DNA of 62,754 nucleotides, the filler included, from Circinaria calcarea (Eukaryota): NCBI GenBank assembly GCA_051942165.1. It is 18 parts of 18 records of this genome, joined end to end, with 100 filler letters (N's around TTAATTAATTAA, not from the genome) between each part and the next. Parts side by side here need not be neighbours in the genome. Positions count along the whole stretch, not along the records: positions 48,940 to 52,322 come from JAVECS010002865.1; positions 52,423 to 55,803 come from JAVECS010002866.1; positions 55,904 to 59,281 come from JAVECS010002867.1; positions 59,382 to 62,754 come from JAVECS010002868.1; 14 more parts are not named here. One strand, 5' to 3'. A program made the translations under genes and the position numbers. Positions 48,940 to 61,435 of this stretch are shown piece after piece. Within the stretch, counting starts at the first letter, position 1, and every line of letters starts with the position of its first letter. Under the pieces are notes generated by a model, which worked only from the letters and a program-made list of their open reading frames with translations, ran no database searches and was not told the origin of the DNA.

Positions 48940-50114
48940 CCCCCAACATATCCGGCCCCCACCCTCAAGCACTCGACCGCCTCTCCCACCATCCCCTCCA
49001 CAATCTCCCGCGCCGGCCGAATATCCCTCACCAGAGCCGCCACCTGGCCCATCAGGTACGGAAACTCCACCTCCGCCTCCATGTCCGTCCCGCCGCCACC
49101 TTCGTCCAGATCCCGCGTCATCGGCACGATGCCCTGCGCCGTCAGTCTTTTAATCTCCTCGGGCCGCGCCTCCCACGCGTCAATGTACGGGTTCCGCATC
49201 ACGCGCAGAGGTCGCCCGGATACGACGAGCGTGCGCAGCGTCGAGTCGAAGTCGGCGGCGAGGATGGCTTCCTTGTGCGCTTGGCTGCAGCCGGCTTCGA
49301 CGGAGGCGACGAAGCGCGTGCCGACCCAGACAGCCTGGGCACCGAGGCAGAGCGAGGATGCAAGGCCGCGGCCATCGACGATGCCGCCGGCGGCTACGAC
49401 GATACCGGTGGCGCCTTGCAGCATAGCAGGGTTGTACTTTTTCGCGACGTCGATGCACGCGGGGACGAGGATGCCGGCGGGGATTTCGCCCGTGTGGCCT
49501 CCTCCTTCGCCACCTTGGGCGCAGACAATGTCGCAGCCGACCTCGAAGGCCTTTTCCGCATGGTGGGGCTTACCGACCATATTCATGACTAGGACGCCCC
49601 CAGCGTGGAGTCGATCGACAATTCGCTTGGGAGGGACTCCGACGGCGCTGACGAAGAGGGTCGCACGTTCGTGGATAACAACGTCAATGAGGGCGTCGAG
49701 TTGGCCATGCGTGTAGTCGTGGTTTGTTTTCCTAGCGGTGGGGCCGAGGGAGGGGAGGGCGAGGTCGACACCGAAGGGGAGGGAGGAGGAGGAAAGGGCA
49801 CGCTTGAGGTCGTGGATCATGGTGCGGAGTTGGGAGGGAGTGTAGCCGAGTCCTATTTAGGCTGTTTGTGAATCGGGTTGTCTGTGAGGTAGTGTTGGAG
49901 GGTAATACCACCGATGACTCCAAGGCCGCCGGCAGAGGACACGGCGGCAGCAAGTGGGGCGGTTGAGGTATGCGCCATTCCTTTGAGTCGGTTAGCTCTT
50001 TCCGGATAATCTTTCCATGTGCTGAAGCTTGCCAGCTAGGATGATAGGATGGCGAATGCCTAGTAATGTACATAGAGGAGTTGTTAATGAGGGAGTTGGG
50101 TGCTTGGTCGCCAT
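48940..50114 (-). CDS. Nitronate monooxygenase / 2-nitropropane dioxygenase family, 3' end truncated; introns 49981-50032 (GC-AG) and 49853-49908
   Basis: TPLCTLLGIRHPIILAG|MA..AVSSAGGLGVIG, PFGVDL, AQGGEGGGHTG, VAAGGIVDGRGLA..GAQAVWVGTRF, MGQ. Confidence 0.93.
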
Positions 50115-50446
50115 GATGCTTGGGTAGATGTAAGACAAAGTATCGAATCGTAAAGACTGCCGGGAAAGTTGTACGTTAGTAATGACAAGATAGAAGCATT
50201 TTCAGAAAGAAGCTGCATTAGAAAGGACGAGACGATGCCATGATAAATCCATCATTCATAATGGAGGATGAGATGCTGGGGTAATGGAGTAAGTGAATTT
50301 TGAAATTCAAACTGGGCCGAGGTCCGCCCCGGCTATTCTTTCGAACCGTCCGTCCACCTGACCAAAACCCTCCAGAATATCACCAAGAACATGCCTCACT
50401 AAGAGCCCTATAATACATGTGTACATACATACAAACATGACCACGT

Positions 50447-52288
50447 CTATCGTACAAAGCTTGAGCTTAGGCTTGCAAAAGCATCAGGACTATGCCTTCC
50501 ACTGTTGAAACTTCCAGCGTCGGTACTCTCCCGACTGACATGTTGGCTGCCTCCGTCCGCATACGATGACGTTGGCGCATAGGTTGGTGCTCCCGGTATA
50601 AGAAACGGGTTCTTGCTACCTGTCGATAGAGTTGCGGGCAATGTCACACTCCTTTGGCCTTGTGTAGCACCTACACCAGGCGGCGGCACAGCTCCCGGCG
50701 TTTGTATCGTAGGTGCTTGCTCATGTATATTATGGGTATTCGGATCTTGTGGAAGTGGCGCGGGCGCTAAGTGAGGGTAGTTGTATAATGCCAGTATACT
50801 CGACTTATCGATCCGTCCCGTTCTTTGAGGCACGATTGGCTGTGGCGACTGCTGAAAAAATGTCTGGTAACTGGATTGCGGATAGGCATGTTGACTGTTT
50901 TCAGGCAACCCCTGTTGGTAGAAATCAGGCTGCTGATTCCCAGGTGGTGATTGCACTTGTCCCCATATATTCTGCTGTGACTGGTAGTCCACTGGTCCGT
51001 TGGAAGGGTATACAGTCGTGTTTGTCTGATTTAGATAAGGATTAGATGAGATAGGTGATTGCGTTGATAAATGAAATGTACTGTTTGGTATTGATAGAGA
51101 ACCAGGCTGCGATATGTTGACGAATGGGTTGTAGTTGGCTAGCGACTGCTGCGCATAGGGATTTGTATGGGAGTACTGTTGAGGTATCTGGGGTACGGGT
51201 GGGGTCATGGACTGCTGGATTCTGACTTGTTGTAGCTGTTGCTGCTGGCTAGGGTAGCCACCGGTTGAATTGGGGAAAAGAGATTGGTGGTTATCATGCG
51301 TGTCTGGGAAGAAATTTCCTGGAGGCTGCTGGAGCGGTGCAGAATATAAATTCATTGTTTCAAACGGATTGTAATGCTGCTGCTGAAACTGTTGAACTGG
51401 CTTGGAAAGAGTGTCGTTCTGTGCCTGTGCCTGAGTATCCAAAGATTTCGGCTTCTGGCTTTCAATATCACTGTTGTTGGGAGGTGCAGGCTTAGGAACC
51501 AGCGAGGTACTTTCCGCGGGTTTTTGGGTGTCCTGACCGAATTCTGTACGTGTTGGAGTTCGTAACTTTTGTGTAGCCGGGTACCCTTCACCAAGTCTAA
51601 TCAGTGATTCGACTGTACGATCAAGGTCGCCCCCCAAGCCTTTGAGGATATTGGAGTTTCGACGATCGTCGGGAAAGCCCATTTCTCTCAGTGTTATCAA
51701 TTTCCACTCATTGCCGTCTTCGGTAATGCCTACGCTGGCACCAAAAACTCGAGACTGCTTATTCACCCGTAGTGGAGCCGGTGCTTGGGCAAACCGCGCT
51801 GGACGATCAGGTGTTGGAGGAGGCGACGAATCTTGGATAGACCTTGAAAGGGGCAATGCCGAAGACGAAGCTCGCAAACCAAACCCGAAGCGTCTACCAG
51901 ACTTGGGAGGCGGAGGAGGGGGTAGATCTTCAGTACTACGAGTGCCTCCATGATCATATCGCACAGGCGGACGAGGAACGTTACTGGGAAGAGTTTTGTG
52001 CTCGTACTTTTGCCGAATGAAACGCTCCAGCGCTGTGTCGACTTCATCAATGTCAAGTGGTATGGCCGGCTTTAAATTTTTGGGATTATATTTAAGGTTC
52101 GACGCAGCGTTGCCGTTACACTTCATGTTCTAGACGGCCCATCAGTCTTGTAAGAGGAAGTAGACGGAATCGCTTACGTCGACTTGCTCGTTGGACCAAG
52201 AATCCATACTCAAGGACTTGACCTTTGATATGTGTGTACCAAGCTTCCGGTGAAGTGCGGCGCATCGCATGCAAAGGAAGATTCCCAA
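50447..52288 (-). CDS. ArfGAP with UBA domain (Gts1-like), 5' partial; intron 52130-52177
   Basis: [54 protein letters not shown] motifs, [21 protein letters not shown]. Confidence 0.9.
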
Positions 52289-52459
52289 CTACACTGACTG
52301 TCAGACACTTGCTGGTTCTTCGNNNNNNNNNNNNNNNNNNNNNNNNNNNNNNNNNNNNNNNNNNNNTTAATTAATTAANNNNNNNNNNNNNNNNNNNNNN
52401 NNNNNNNNNNNNNNNNNNNNNNTCGTGTGATGGAAAGTTGCTAAAACCTGGATTTGCAG

Positions 52460-52999
52460 AAAGGCGGTGAAATGGGTACCACTGCGATGATGAATCCTCA
52501 GATGCGCAACCTCTTCCAATATGGTCTCCCTGCTGTATCAACCTTCTTTATGCTCTTCTGGCCCGGCTGCATGCAGCTCACCTTCTTCACCACAGCTATA
52601 CTCTCCCTCCTACAGTCCATGATATTCGGCAACAACGCAGCGCGGAAATTCATTGGTGTCCAACCTCTCCCTCCGCCCCAAGCCTCATTGACACCGGGCT
52701 CGGCTTCTCCATACACAGGGACAATGACTTACCGATCCCCTACCCCTACATCTCCAGCGCCATTGGAGAAGACAGGACTGATTGGCGGAGCTATAGCAGA
52801 CTTAAAAGGCGCGGCGAAGCAAGTGGCTGCTAGTGCGAAGAAGACAGTGGACCAGGTTCAGGGGACGGAGAAGAAGACTCGTATATCAGCTGGGATGCTG
52901 AGGGACGCGAAGGTTTATGAGGAGAGGAGGAAGGGAGAACTAGAATCGGAGTTGCTGAAGAGACCGAGGGGTGGAAGGACGAAGAGAAGGGCAAGGTGA
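52460..52999 (+). CDS. OXA1: Mitochondrial inner-membrane insertase Oxa1, last exon (5' partial)
   Basis: Acceptor at 52459; GGEMG..GLPAVSTFFMLFWPGCMQLTFFTTAILSLLQS followed by a basic C-terminal tail. Confidence 0.75.
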   Translation, partial: KGGEMGTTAMMNPQMRNLFQYGLPAVSTFFMLFWPGCMQLTFFTTAILSLLQSMIFGNNAARKFIGVQPLPPPQASLTPGSASPYTGTMTYRSPTPTSPAPLEKTGLIGGAIADLKGAAKQVAASAKKTVDQVQGTEKKTRISAGMLRDAKVYEERRKGELESELLKRPRGGRTKRRAR

Positions 53000-53291
53000 C
53001 AGTGCATTGTAAGTATGGGCCGGTAATGGCGTGCATTGGGAGAGGTTGGGTATGTAAGATATTTGGTGTATAGCTCTCTACTCGAGAGTATCATGGAGTC
53101 GAGAGCTTATCGTCGGGTAGGGGGGGTCTTCACCTTCCACTGGCCATTACGATTTATTTTAGGAGGAGAATCCGATCGGAGTGTCCATCAAGCTTCACGG
53201 GCCTATTCTTGCCGCACCCTATAGGAATCTCGTTACTTTGCGGGCCGTTCCGCCAGATGATCGGAAGCATGACATAAGCAAACGGAACTAT

Positions 53292-53358
53292 CGCTGGGGC
53301 TTACGTAAGCCGAGCAGTATCTTAGCACTCTATTACTCCTACGTAATTGCATGAACAT
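53292..53358 (+). repeat. Diverged relative of the 28816-28930 insertion
   Basis: 53295-53326 matches the minus strand of 28896-28927 at 30 of 32 nt, including palindrome GGCTTACGTAAGCC; weaker similarity continues about 30 nt. Confidence 0.75.
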
Positions 53359-54040
53359 AGTGACAACATACTTCTGCATGAACACACTATCAGTCAAAGG
53401 GATTCCCTTGGCTTCCCGACCTTAGGCAGCACGATGGAATTTGATCCTGCACACTCCCCCCAAGGCTTCGGAACAGCGAATCATCTTGCGAGGCACAACA
53501 GGCCAAGGACTTGCTCCATTCAACCGTGTGTCTGTGCTTCGATCCGTATCTACGATGCAGGTGAGCGTAGATGAGTCTCGCCTACGGCCTCAAAGATGCT
53601 CGCCTTCGGTCCACACATGCCTCTTTAAGAAAAGTCCGATTCATCTATATGTGAGCGGCATGCAGAAAGGATGCAGCCATACTCCCATAGGATCGCTTTT
53701 CAACTAACCCATCTTCCCCGCTTCCTTTATCATCTGAAAGAGTCGTTGCATGCAACACTTCATGTTACCTGTTACCGGTTCTACGCATGATGGATGATGG
53801 ATGATGGAACGGACTTATCGGACTTCCTCGGAGTTGACTGCACACATGAATCGTGTGGAGAGTGTGGAGACCAGGTGGCATTGCTTCTACTTACCCCTCA
53901 TGGCGCTCCTTCTCTGTTGAGGTCAGATGGCGTATAAATTCTTTTATTCTCTGCTGTAACCCTTGCACTGCGTCCTCTCTCGGCCTTACTGTATCGCAAC
54001 TGCCTTTTTTCTCTTGGTCTTTCGAGTATAGTTCATTACC

Positions 54041-55803
54041 ATGGGTTTACGAACAGACATCGGCTTGCAGCATCCGACCATCCGCGGAACAACAGAAACC
54101 TATGCGGATAATCTTGATATAGACGTCCTCATCGTCGGTGCCGGCTTTGGAGGTGTATACCTCCTTCACAAGTTGCGGGATGAATTAGGTTACAATTGTA
54201 AGATATACGAAGCCGGGAAGGTCTTGGGTGGCATCTGGCACTGGAACTGCTATCCAGGTGCACGCACCGACTCCCCTGTCCCTCTCTACGAGTATTCAAT
54301 CGAGAAGGTCTGGCGAAATTGGACGTGGGAAGAAAAATACCCTACCTTTCCAGAGCTCAGGAGATACTTTGAACATGTCGACAAGCAACTAGACGTGAAG
54401 AAGGATGTAGCTTTTAACACAGAGGTCGTCTCCGCTCAATTCGATAAGGAGTCGAGCAGGTGGATCGTGAAGACCGCCGATGGAAGAACCGCTAGAGCGA
54501 AATATCTTATAATCGCCATTGGCTTTGCCGCCAAACGCCATTTCCCAGACTGGAAGGGCCTCGACACCTTTGAAGGTGTCATACACCACTCCTCATTTTG
54601 GCCCGAGGAGGGCGTTGACATTAAAGGAAAACGTATCGCTGTCGTCGGCACAGGAGCTACTGGAGTCCAGATTGCCCAAGAATGTGCACCAGAAGCCGCA
54701 GAACTGACTGTGTTCCAGCGAACTCCTAACCTGGCTCTTCCCATGCAACAGAGAAAGCTCACCAAAGAAGAGCAGGATTCTCAGAAAGATACGTATCCGC
54801 AAATCTACCAGGATCGCTTGAAAACTTTTGGAGGCTTCCAGTATGACTTCATCAAGAAGAGGACATTCGATGACTCCCCCGAAGAGCGCGAGGCATTTTA
54901 CGAGAAAATGTGGCAGGAAGGAGGCTTCAAAAGCTGGATTGGTACATACGACGACATGCTATACGAAGAAGGTCCTAATCGCGAAGCGTATAACTTCTGG
55001 GCCAAAAAGACTCGCGCCAGGATACACGATCCCGAGAAGAAAGACCTCCTAGCCCCCTTGGAACCACCTCACGCCTTTGGAACCAAACGACCTTCACTAG
55101 AGCAAAATTACTACGAACAGTTCAACCGACCGAACGTCCATATCGTCGACATCAAGAAAAATCCCATCACCGAAGTCAAACCGAAGGGCATCGTGACCGC
55201 GGACGGGAAACTACACGAAGTAGACATCGTCGCTCTCGCCACCGGCTTCGACACCGCCACCGGAGGCATGAAGAACATGGGCCTAAAGGACATCAACGGG
55301 GTCGATCTCGCCGAAGCGTGGAAAGAGGGCATGTGGTCATATCTAGGCATGACGTGCCACAACTACCCCAACATGTTCTTCCTCTACGGTCCCCAAGGTA
55401 TGTTTTCCCTTCTTCTCCTCCTACCCGCCCCAGCACCTTCCCCCTCCATTCCCAAATCAAGATTTGAACCAACTTTCTAATCTCCCTTCTTCCAAACCCC
55501 CTTACAGCTCCCACAGCCTTCTGCAACGGCCCCTCTTGCGTCGAATTCCAAACCGCCTGGATCATGTCCGCCCTCACCAAGCTTGCGCGCGAACACCGCA
55601 CCTCCATCAACGCCACCCGCGCCGCCGAAGAGGCATGGAAAGAGAAAGTCGTGAAGCTGAATGAGGCGGCCCTGTTCAAGGGCACGGATTCGTGGTATAT
55701 GGGCGCCAATGTACCCGGGAAACCGAGGGAGCAACTATTTTATCTAGGCGGTTTGAGGAAGTATGCGCGAGAGTGTGGGGAGGTCTTGGAGGGGTGGAAG
55801 GGG
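54041..55803 (+). CDS. Baeyer-Villiger monooxygenase, 3' end truncated; intron 55398-55507
   Basis: GAGFGG, GGIWHWNCYPGARTD, fingerprint FEGVIHHSSFWP, GTGATG, VFQRTPN, FGTKRPSLEQ, ATGFD, YPNMFFLYGPQ|APTAFCNGP, SWYMGANVPGKPRE. Confidence 0.96.
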
Positions 55804-55903
55804 NNNNNNNNNNNNNNNNNNNNNNNNNNNNNNNNNNNNNNNNNNNNTTAATTAATTAANNNNNNNNNNNNNNNNNNNNNNNNNNNNNNNNNNNNNNNNN
55901 NNN

Positions 55904-56295
55904 GACGGCCCTAACCAGACATTGACCCGTGCGGCTTTTCGATAGATCTCGTCCATCAGCTCGACTTGTACGCTCTTTTCGGATGCCAGGTCTTGATTAA
56001 TACAGACAGAATCTACCCAGACAGGGCGATCGTTAAAACGACCGCGAAGCATTCGACGTAAAGCCGCATCGCAACTCTTGGTGACTAGTAGTGTTCTGCC
56101 AGCACAGAGAATGGGCTCTGTAGGTATCGGAGACTCCCACGAGTAGGACAGGGCCTCATATTCTGGATGCTTGTCAAGGTGAGCTTCTCTTAGCTCGCCC
56201 TGGATAGGTCCATCGATATAAAAGCCATGGAGGTAGAACACCCGGAAAGATCGCTTCTCTGTCAGTGGGTGGTAGATATACCACTCCATGAGCAA
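55904..56295 (-). CDS. HET (heterokaryon incompatibility) domain protein, 3' truncated, start uncertain
   Basis: YEALSYSW, VWVDSVCINQ..EKSVQVELMDEIYRKAARVNVWLGP. Confidence 0.9.
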
Positions 56296-57190
56296 GTCGG
56301 CTTCTGTTGCAAAGAATATACTTTACGACAGGCGCGGTTACTGGTCTCCGGACACAGCATTGGAGATCTGCCCATTTGTGCCCTGGTCGAGGCCGGTGTG
56401 CAGAAGTTGTTGCCGATGAGACAATCAGTGTATGGGGGTTGCTCGGTTCCCCTCACCTATAGATCAAGTCTTTTGAGCAGGATTTCGATACGTTCAAGTC
56501 TAGCACCATTCGAAGAGCTGTGATTCCTGCGTGAGGCGTCCTCCAACACCCTTCTGTTGTTTTCCGGCAACGACATCTGCTTACAAATATATCCAGAGAC
56601 TCATAACATGCGCAAGTTTTTAATTCTTAGTTACCACGCCTGAATAACCTTGCAAAATGCCCTGAAACGGAGACTATGTAACTGGAAGGGGTCAAAGAGG
56701 CACATGTATAATATTCTGAGGCCGAGACGACTGCAGCCATGTGGAGCGCAATGGGTTAAAGCTTTGTTCTCCTGACGGCTATGACTGCCTGCTCTGCCTT
56801 CATAGTAGCATCTGGGAGATTTTCTATTACCACGTTCGTCAAATCAATGAGAAAGCTGTTACTTTCTTCGTCCCTTCTGCATTCAAAGTCCTAATATTCC
56901 TGTGTTGTTTTTCGAAGCACACTACCAAGCTCCCAAAGTGTCCATCTTATCACGTTAATAGGTGTTGTATTCATATGCTCTACATCGTGTTAGACGACTC
57001 AGAGGCAATATAAACATGCGACCAGAAAGTCAAGGGTGCTGTTATAAGCAGGCCGACTTAAGACTATATGATCTGTCGATTCGGCTCAAAGGGGGTAGTA
57101 CGTATTAGTGTCGGTCAGGCCTCTGGTCCCCCTGTATAGAGAGTCCATCTAATATAGTCCGAAGGATAGGAGTCCTCTTCGACTACGCTC

Positions 57191-58129
57191 ATGTTCCATC
57201 CTAATCAATCCGTGATAGCGGAAAGGCATACGCAGACACTGCTGTTCGAATTCTTCTTTCCCTTCATAGTCCTCCCTAACGTCCAAGTGAAAGCTGGCGG
57301 GAACATCAAACTTCCCATCACCTTGCAGGGCATCCGCTCCCTCCGATATGGTCGAGCTATCGTGATACGCAATCGGTATCTTACTATCTCGAACCAGTCG
57401 CACACAAACACTCGTCTCTTACAATCCAAGAATAGAAGAAATTGCCACTATTCTTTATTCCCTGTCGATATGTGGAGCATCCATATTCCCTACGCCGCAT
57501 CGGGATGTGTTCCTTTACTCAAAGGAGCCGAAAACTCGATCCAGCATCGAAGAGGCAGCATTACAGCTCCAAAGAGGAGGTTCATTGTCACTTTAGCACA
57601 TCTCTTCCGAGTGAGCCCAAGTCAAGTTCCAATCCGTTCGGAAGTACCCACAATCGTCTGTGTAAAGGAAGACCTCCCTATCGTGATTGGCATTGAGTAT
57701 GATCTTGCAAACACACCTTCGCGAGAGATCCCTCCAATCTACCTCGATGAGTTCCAACGCCAATCTTACGGCATATAACCATGTGAGGGCTCGGAACTAC
57801 ATATGGAGTTCATGTGAGAAGATCCCGATTGCCAATAATTGAGGGTGAATATGCCAATGTACGAGCGAATGAATCTGAGCTCAGATATCCGAGGTTTGAC
57901 ATTGAGAATCCCAAGTCATGTACTACCCCTGCTCAAAACCGATAGCGTTTCCAGGTTATATGATCTGAAGGTCAAAGTCGTCGTGTCATATGTACGAAAG
58001 GGCTACAGGTTTGAATGGGCCAGGTACGGTCTGGAAATCCTAGCCTCACTATATAGGTATTCAGCAAATGGCATTGCGCCGGCGGAACATCCAGACGCTC
58101 TTCATCGAGGAATATCTACCACCATATGA
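57191..58129 (+). pseudogene. Possible decayed arrestin-like gene fragment
   Basis: Beta-rich fragments in several frames (VKAGGNIKLPITL; VLPLLKTDSVSRLYDLKVKVVV) with frame breaks lacking clear introns. Confidence 0.35.
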
Positions 58130-59383
58130 GTAAGCAGCTGCCAGACGCCGTCCAATTCCGAATAGTGTTTCTCGCTAGACTGAGGTTTCCATGAAAGATG
58201 ACTGGAATCTAATGAATCCTCGGACCAGATCACCGCATATCTGTGAGGAGGTTACACCGTATCCGCCTATTGACTCAGCTTGTACTGATCACAGAGAGCC
58301 TTTGGCTAGCTCACTGCAATGTTTCATCAATAGTATAGATATCAACGGTGGGCCTTACTTCTCCATTCATGTCTTCTAAGGATTTGCCCCATCCACCGGA
58401 GGTCCCGGTCGAAAGGTGCTTTGCTTCCATAGACTAACGTAGTCGGACCCTTGCTTGACCGTCTCAATCTTGGTACGTCAGACTTGAGCCGCGGTTTCCG
58501 TTAGTCTTATCTACGCCATATAGTCATTCAAGGACTGGGGAGAACGCGCCTCTAGCACCTAGCATACGAAGCAGCCGAGTGGGAAAGCACAAATGTCGGC
58601 AGTCGGCGCAGGGGCGGGAGCGTTACTTGACCATCCTCCCAGGGGACGAGATTAGACCTTAAGATTCCAACGTTAGAGAAATTAGATAGAGCAAATGATA
58701 ATGAGATTAAGTCTGTTAGAGCAAAGGTCCAGTCTCACAAATAGCATTGGATTATTTACTCATGTTTCCCCCTCTTCTGAATCATCTGAGCCGTCCTGCC
58801 ATGCCTGAGTAGCTATGGTTGAGCTGTGCAATAAACATTTATGTTTGTTTAGAAGGGAACTGAAAATTAGTTGTACAATTTCCTGACCGGGCAACTTCAG
58901 ACTATGGTAATGTAGATCCCATCGGCCCGAAAAAACACCGACTACTTCCTTCGTCGTCATCAGGTTTCAGGGGGGTACGCAAACCTCCCAGTTCCAACAG
59001 GATCACAACTCAACAATAGCTAACATTCCAATGCGCAGTCTGTTCCTTTGGTTATCTTGCTACCATGTTGTTCCTCCACTATATCCCGCATTGCGCGTCC
59101 CCCTTTCGTGTGCACACACGGCAACTTGCAGTCTTGCTATATTCATGACAGTTGATCAACAGACCTGAGGCTGGCACCTAGGTTCGCGCAAGTTGCATTG
59201 TCTGCTGCCAGCTCTCAATCGATCGTTTCTTTTATAGCATCGAGCTACTATCATAAGGGTGCAGCGCAACAATGACGGTCANNNNNNNNNNNNNNNNNNN
59301 NNNNNNNNNNNNNNNNNNNNNNNNNTTAATTAATTAANNNNNNNNNNNNNNNNNNNNNNNNNNNNNNNNNNNNNNNNNNNNAG

Positions 59384-59905
59384 AAGCCAGCTATCACGGC
59401 CGAGTCCGAGAAGCTGGACCCCAATACCTTGGAGGAAATGTGCCTCAGTGTCGGAAATCTGGCTACAATTTACCTTAAGCCGGTGCACCAGGTGTTCCGC
59501 AATGCTCGGACCAAGAAGCTCATTGACAGCCCAGCCCTCCAGAAGCACACACTGCCATCGTACATTTATGAACAGGAGACCAAGAAGCTCCCGTCAGTCA
59601 TGGGCAACGGACTGCCTGGACTCAACGGCGATAACATGGATTTCGACACGAGGAGACCGATCAACGGTAGTTCTCCTACTAGCTCGAGAGTCAACACCAG
59701 CGCTGCAGAGGATGATGCAGACCACTACCTGGGGGCTTTGGGAAGCCAACAACCAATGTCTATGCAGATGAGGGAGGATGGATTTGACGGGAGCCCCACA
59801 ACTGGAGGACTTGGAGACCGGCAGTACGTGGTAAGCCAGAATCACCCGGAGCAAATGTATCAACCACAAACGGGGGACGGGGATGGCGATCTGCTTTCAT
59901 TCTAG
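59384..59905 (+). CDS. AP-2 adaptor complex beta subunit (Apl1-like), C-terminus (5' partial)
   Basis: KPAITAESEKLDPNTLEEMCLSVGNLATIYLKPVHQVFRNARTKKLIDSPALQK, ending GDLLSF. Confidence 0.82.
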   Translation, partial: KPAITAESEKLDPNTLEEMCLSVGNLATIYLKPVHQVFRNARTKKLIDSPALQKHTLPSYIYEQETKKLPSVMGNGLPGLNGDNMDFDTRRPINGSSPTSSRVNTSAAEDDADHYLGALGSQQPMSMQMREDGFDGSPTTGGLGDRQYVVSQNHPEQMYQPQTGDGDGDLLSF

Positions 59906-60572
59906 AGTGACCGATTGAGGATGAAGTATTGAAAATGTCAAGTCATCTTTAGATAATTCGAAGCGTCACAAGGATAAAGATCTCAACATCGTGATGCTTG
60001 TATTCGATATCTAGTCTACACTGGGACGTCCAGCCCATACGGCCTCGCTGTGCCCTGTGAGGGGTGTACGAGAGTAAGGGGGGTAAATCATCTGGAAAAA
60101 CTCGACCCGAGCTCCGATCCGAGCCAAAGCCACTGCCGAGATGGGGAACAAATTTTAATCTTATCGGCGTGTAAATTTGTAAATTTGCGTACTTTTAACG
60201 GCTCGGGATTCCAGAGACCACCAACGAGCTTGGAAATTCTAATGGTCCGTCAGCATAGAAAGCGTATGCCAATAACCGTTTGTTTGCAGATGATATCAAT
60301 TCAATTCATTTCCCATATTGAATGGCCCAAACGCACGGGCAGTGGCAATCTCTCGCGGACACCATCCCCAACTCCAATAAGCCCCTGACTTTCTAATGAG
60401 AAAGCACAGTACACAGTACAGGGGGAAACAGCTAACGTATCGAATCAGTCCTAGATTCCCATTGATCCTCTAGACTTTTCTAAACTTTTGTAAACTCTCT
60501 ACGAAAAGAAAAGGATGCCCCTCCGGCAGCTTTCTCCCACTTGCCCTTTTTGCTCGAAAGCCTCAAATCCGT

Positions 60573-61435
60573 CTAGCATGGGAAATCAAACACCTCGGCG
60601 TCGATATTTCCTCGAATAACATTGAAGAAGTTCGTCACCACTCTCGTCCTCTCGACAGGCGAGAAATACTCGTATCCCACCACCGTATTCTCCGCGTCCA
60701 CGAGGATCGTCACGGGGAGGGCGCCTTGGTAGATGATCTCCCACTGCAACCCAGCGGTAACATCTCTCAGTAAGCATCCTTGGCCAGGGGGGAGAACCGG
60801 CCTCTCAGCCCACCGGAAAACTCACCTCACCGACCACCCCGTTAAACGGATCCATGCGCTGCCCCCCAAAGACCGCATTCGCTCCGACGAGAAGATCCCC
60901 CGGGACGAGCGGGAAATTCGAATTGACGCGGTACTGCTGACACGTCGGCTGGCTCGTAATCGCCGGACTCAGTTGCCAGAGGGAATTGAGAACCAGGCCG
61001 TCGGCGGTCACATTGGCGAAATCGAATAGGGAAGATGCGAGGGCGCCGTCGAAGGCTTCATCGACGCGCACTTTGCCCAAAGAGGCAGAGCTATAGAGGA
61101 AGCCGGAGGCGATGTTGGAGACATTTTGATCCCTGTGGGGGAGGGGAAGCAGGGTGCAAGAGTTAGTGGAATGCTGGCTGGAGGGCTCTGCCACCAAAAA
61201 AAAAAGAAGCAGGGGCAGGGAACGGGGTCTACCATTTGTGCTGGTTGAAACTGGCTCTGAACTCGGACGCGACAATGGGAGGGGAAGGCTGAGTAAAGGA
61301 AGCCGAGTAGGGACGAAGGGAAGCCGGGACTTGGACAGGAGTCTCGCTCGTCTTCGGGCCTGCGAGTGACAAGGCCGGGAGAGATGCCAATGCAAACAGA
61401 GCAGCCAAAGCAAGAGAGGTACCGAGGGTCTTCAT
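60573..61435 (-). CDS. Secreted beta-rich protein, possibly ependymin/LolA-like; exons 61233-61435, 60826-61132, 60573-60743
   Basis: Signal peptide; introns 61133-61232 and 60744-60825 join in frame to give ..EFRASFNQHKW|DQNVSNIASGFLYSS..KVRVDE..|WEIIY..VVTNFFNV..IDAEVFDFPC. Gene model is firm; fold is inferred. Confidence 0.78.

Noticed and set aside
49081..49716. 211-aa plus-strand ORF and similar antisense ORFs across the window
   Set aside because: Shadows of GC-rich coding regions on the opposite strand.
44126..55803. Metabolic gene cluster (ureidoglycolate lyase, Pho8, nitronate monooxygenase, BVMO)
   Set aside because: Each gene is on a different contig; the order reflects contig length only.
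3410..59381. Regularly spaced TTAATTAATTAA as a CRISPR-like or biological repeat
   Set aside because: Always centred in fixed N padding; a concatenation linker.
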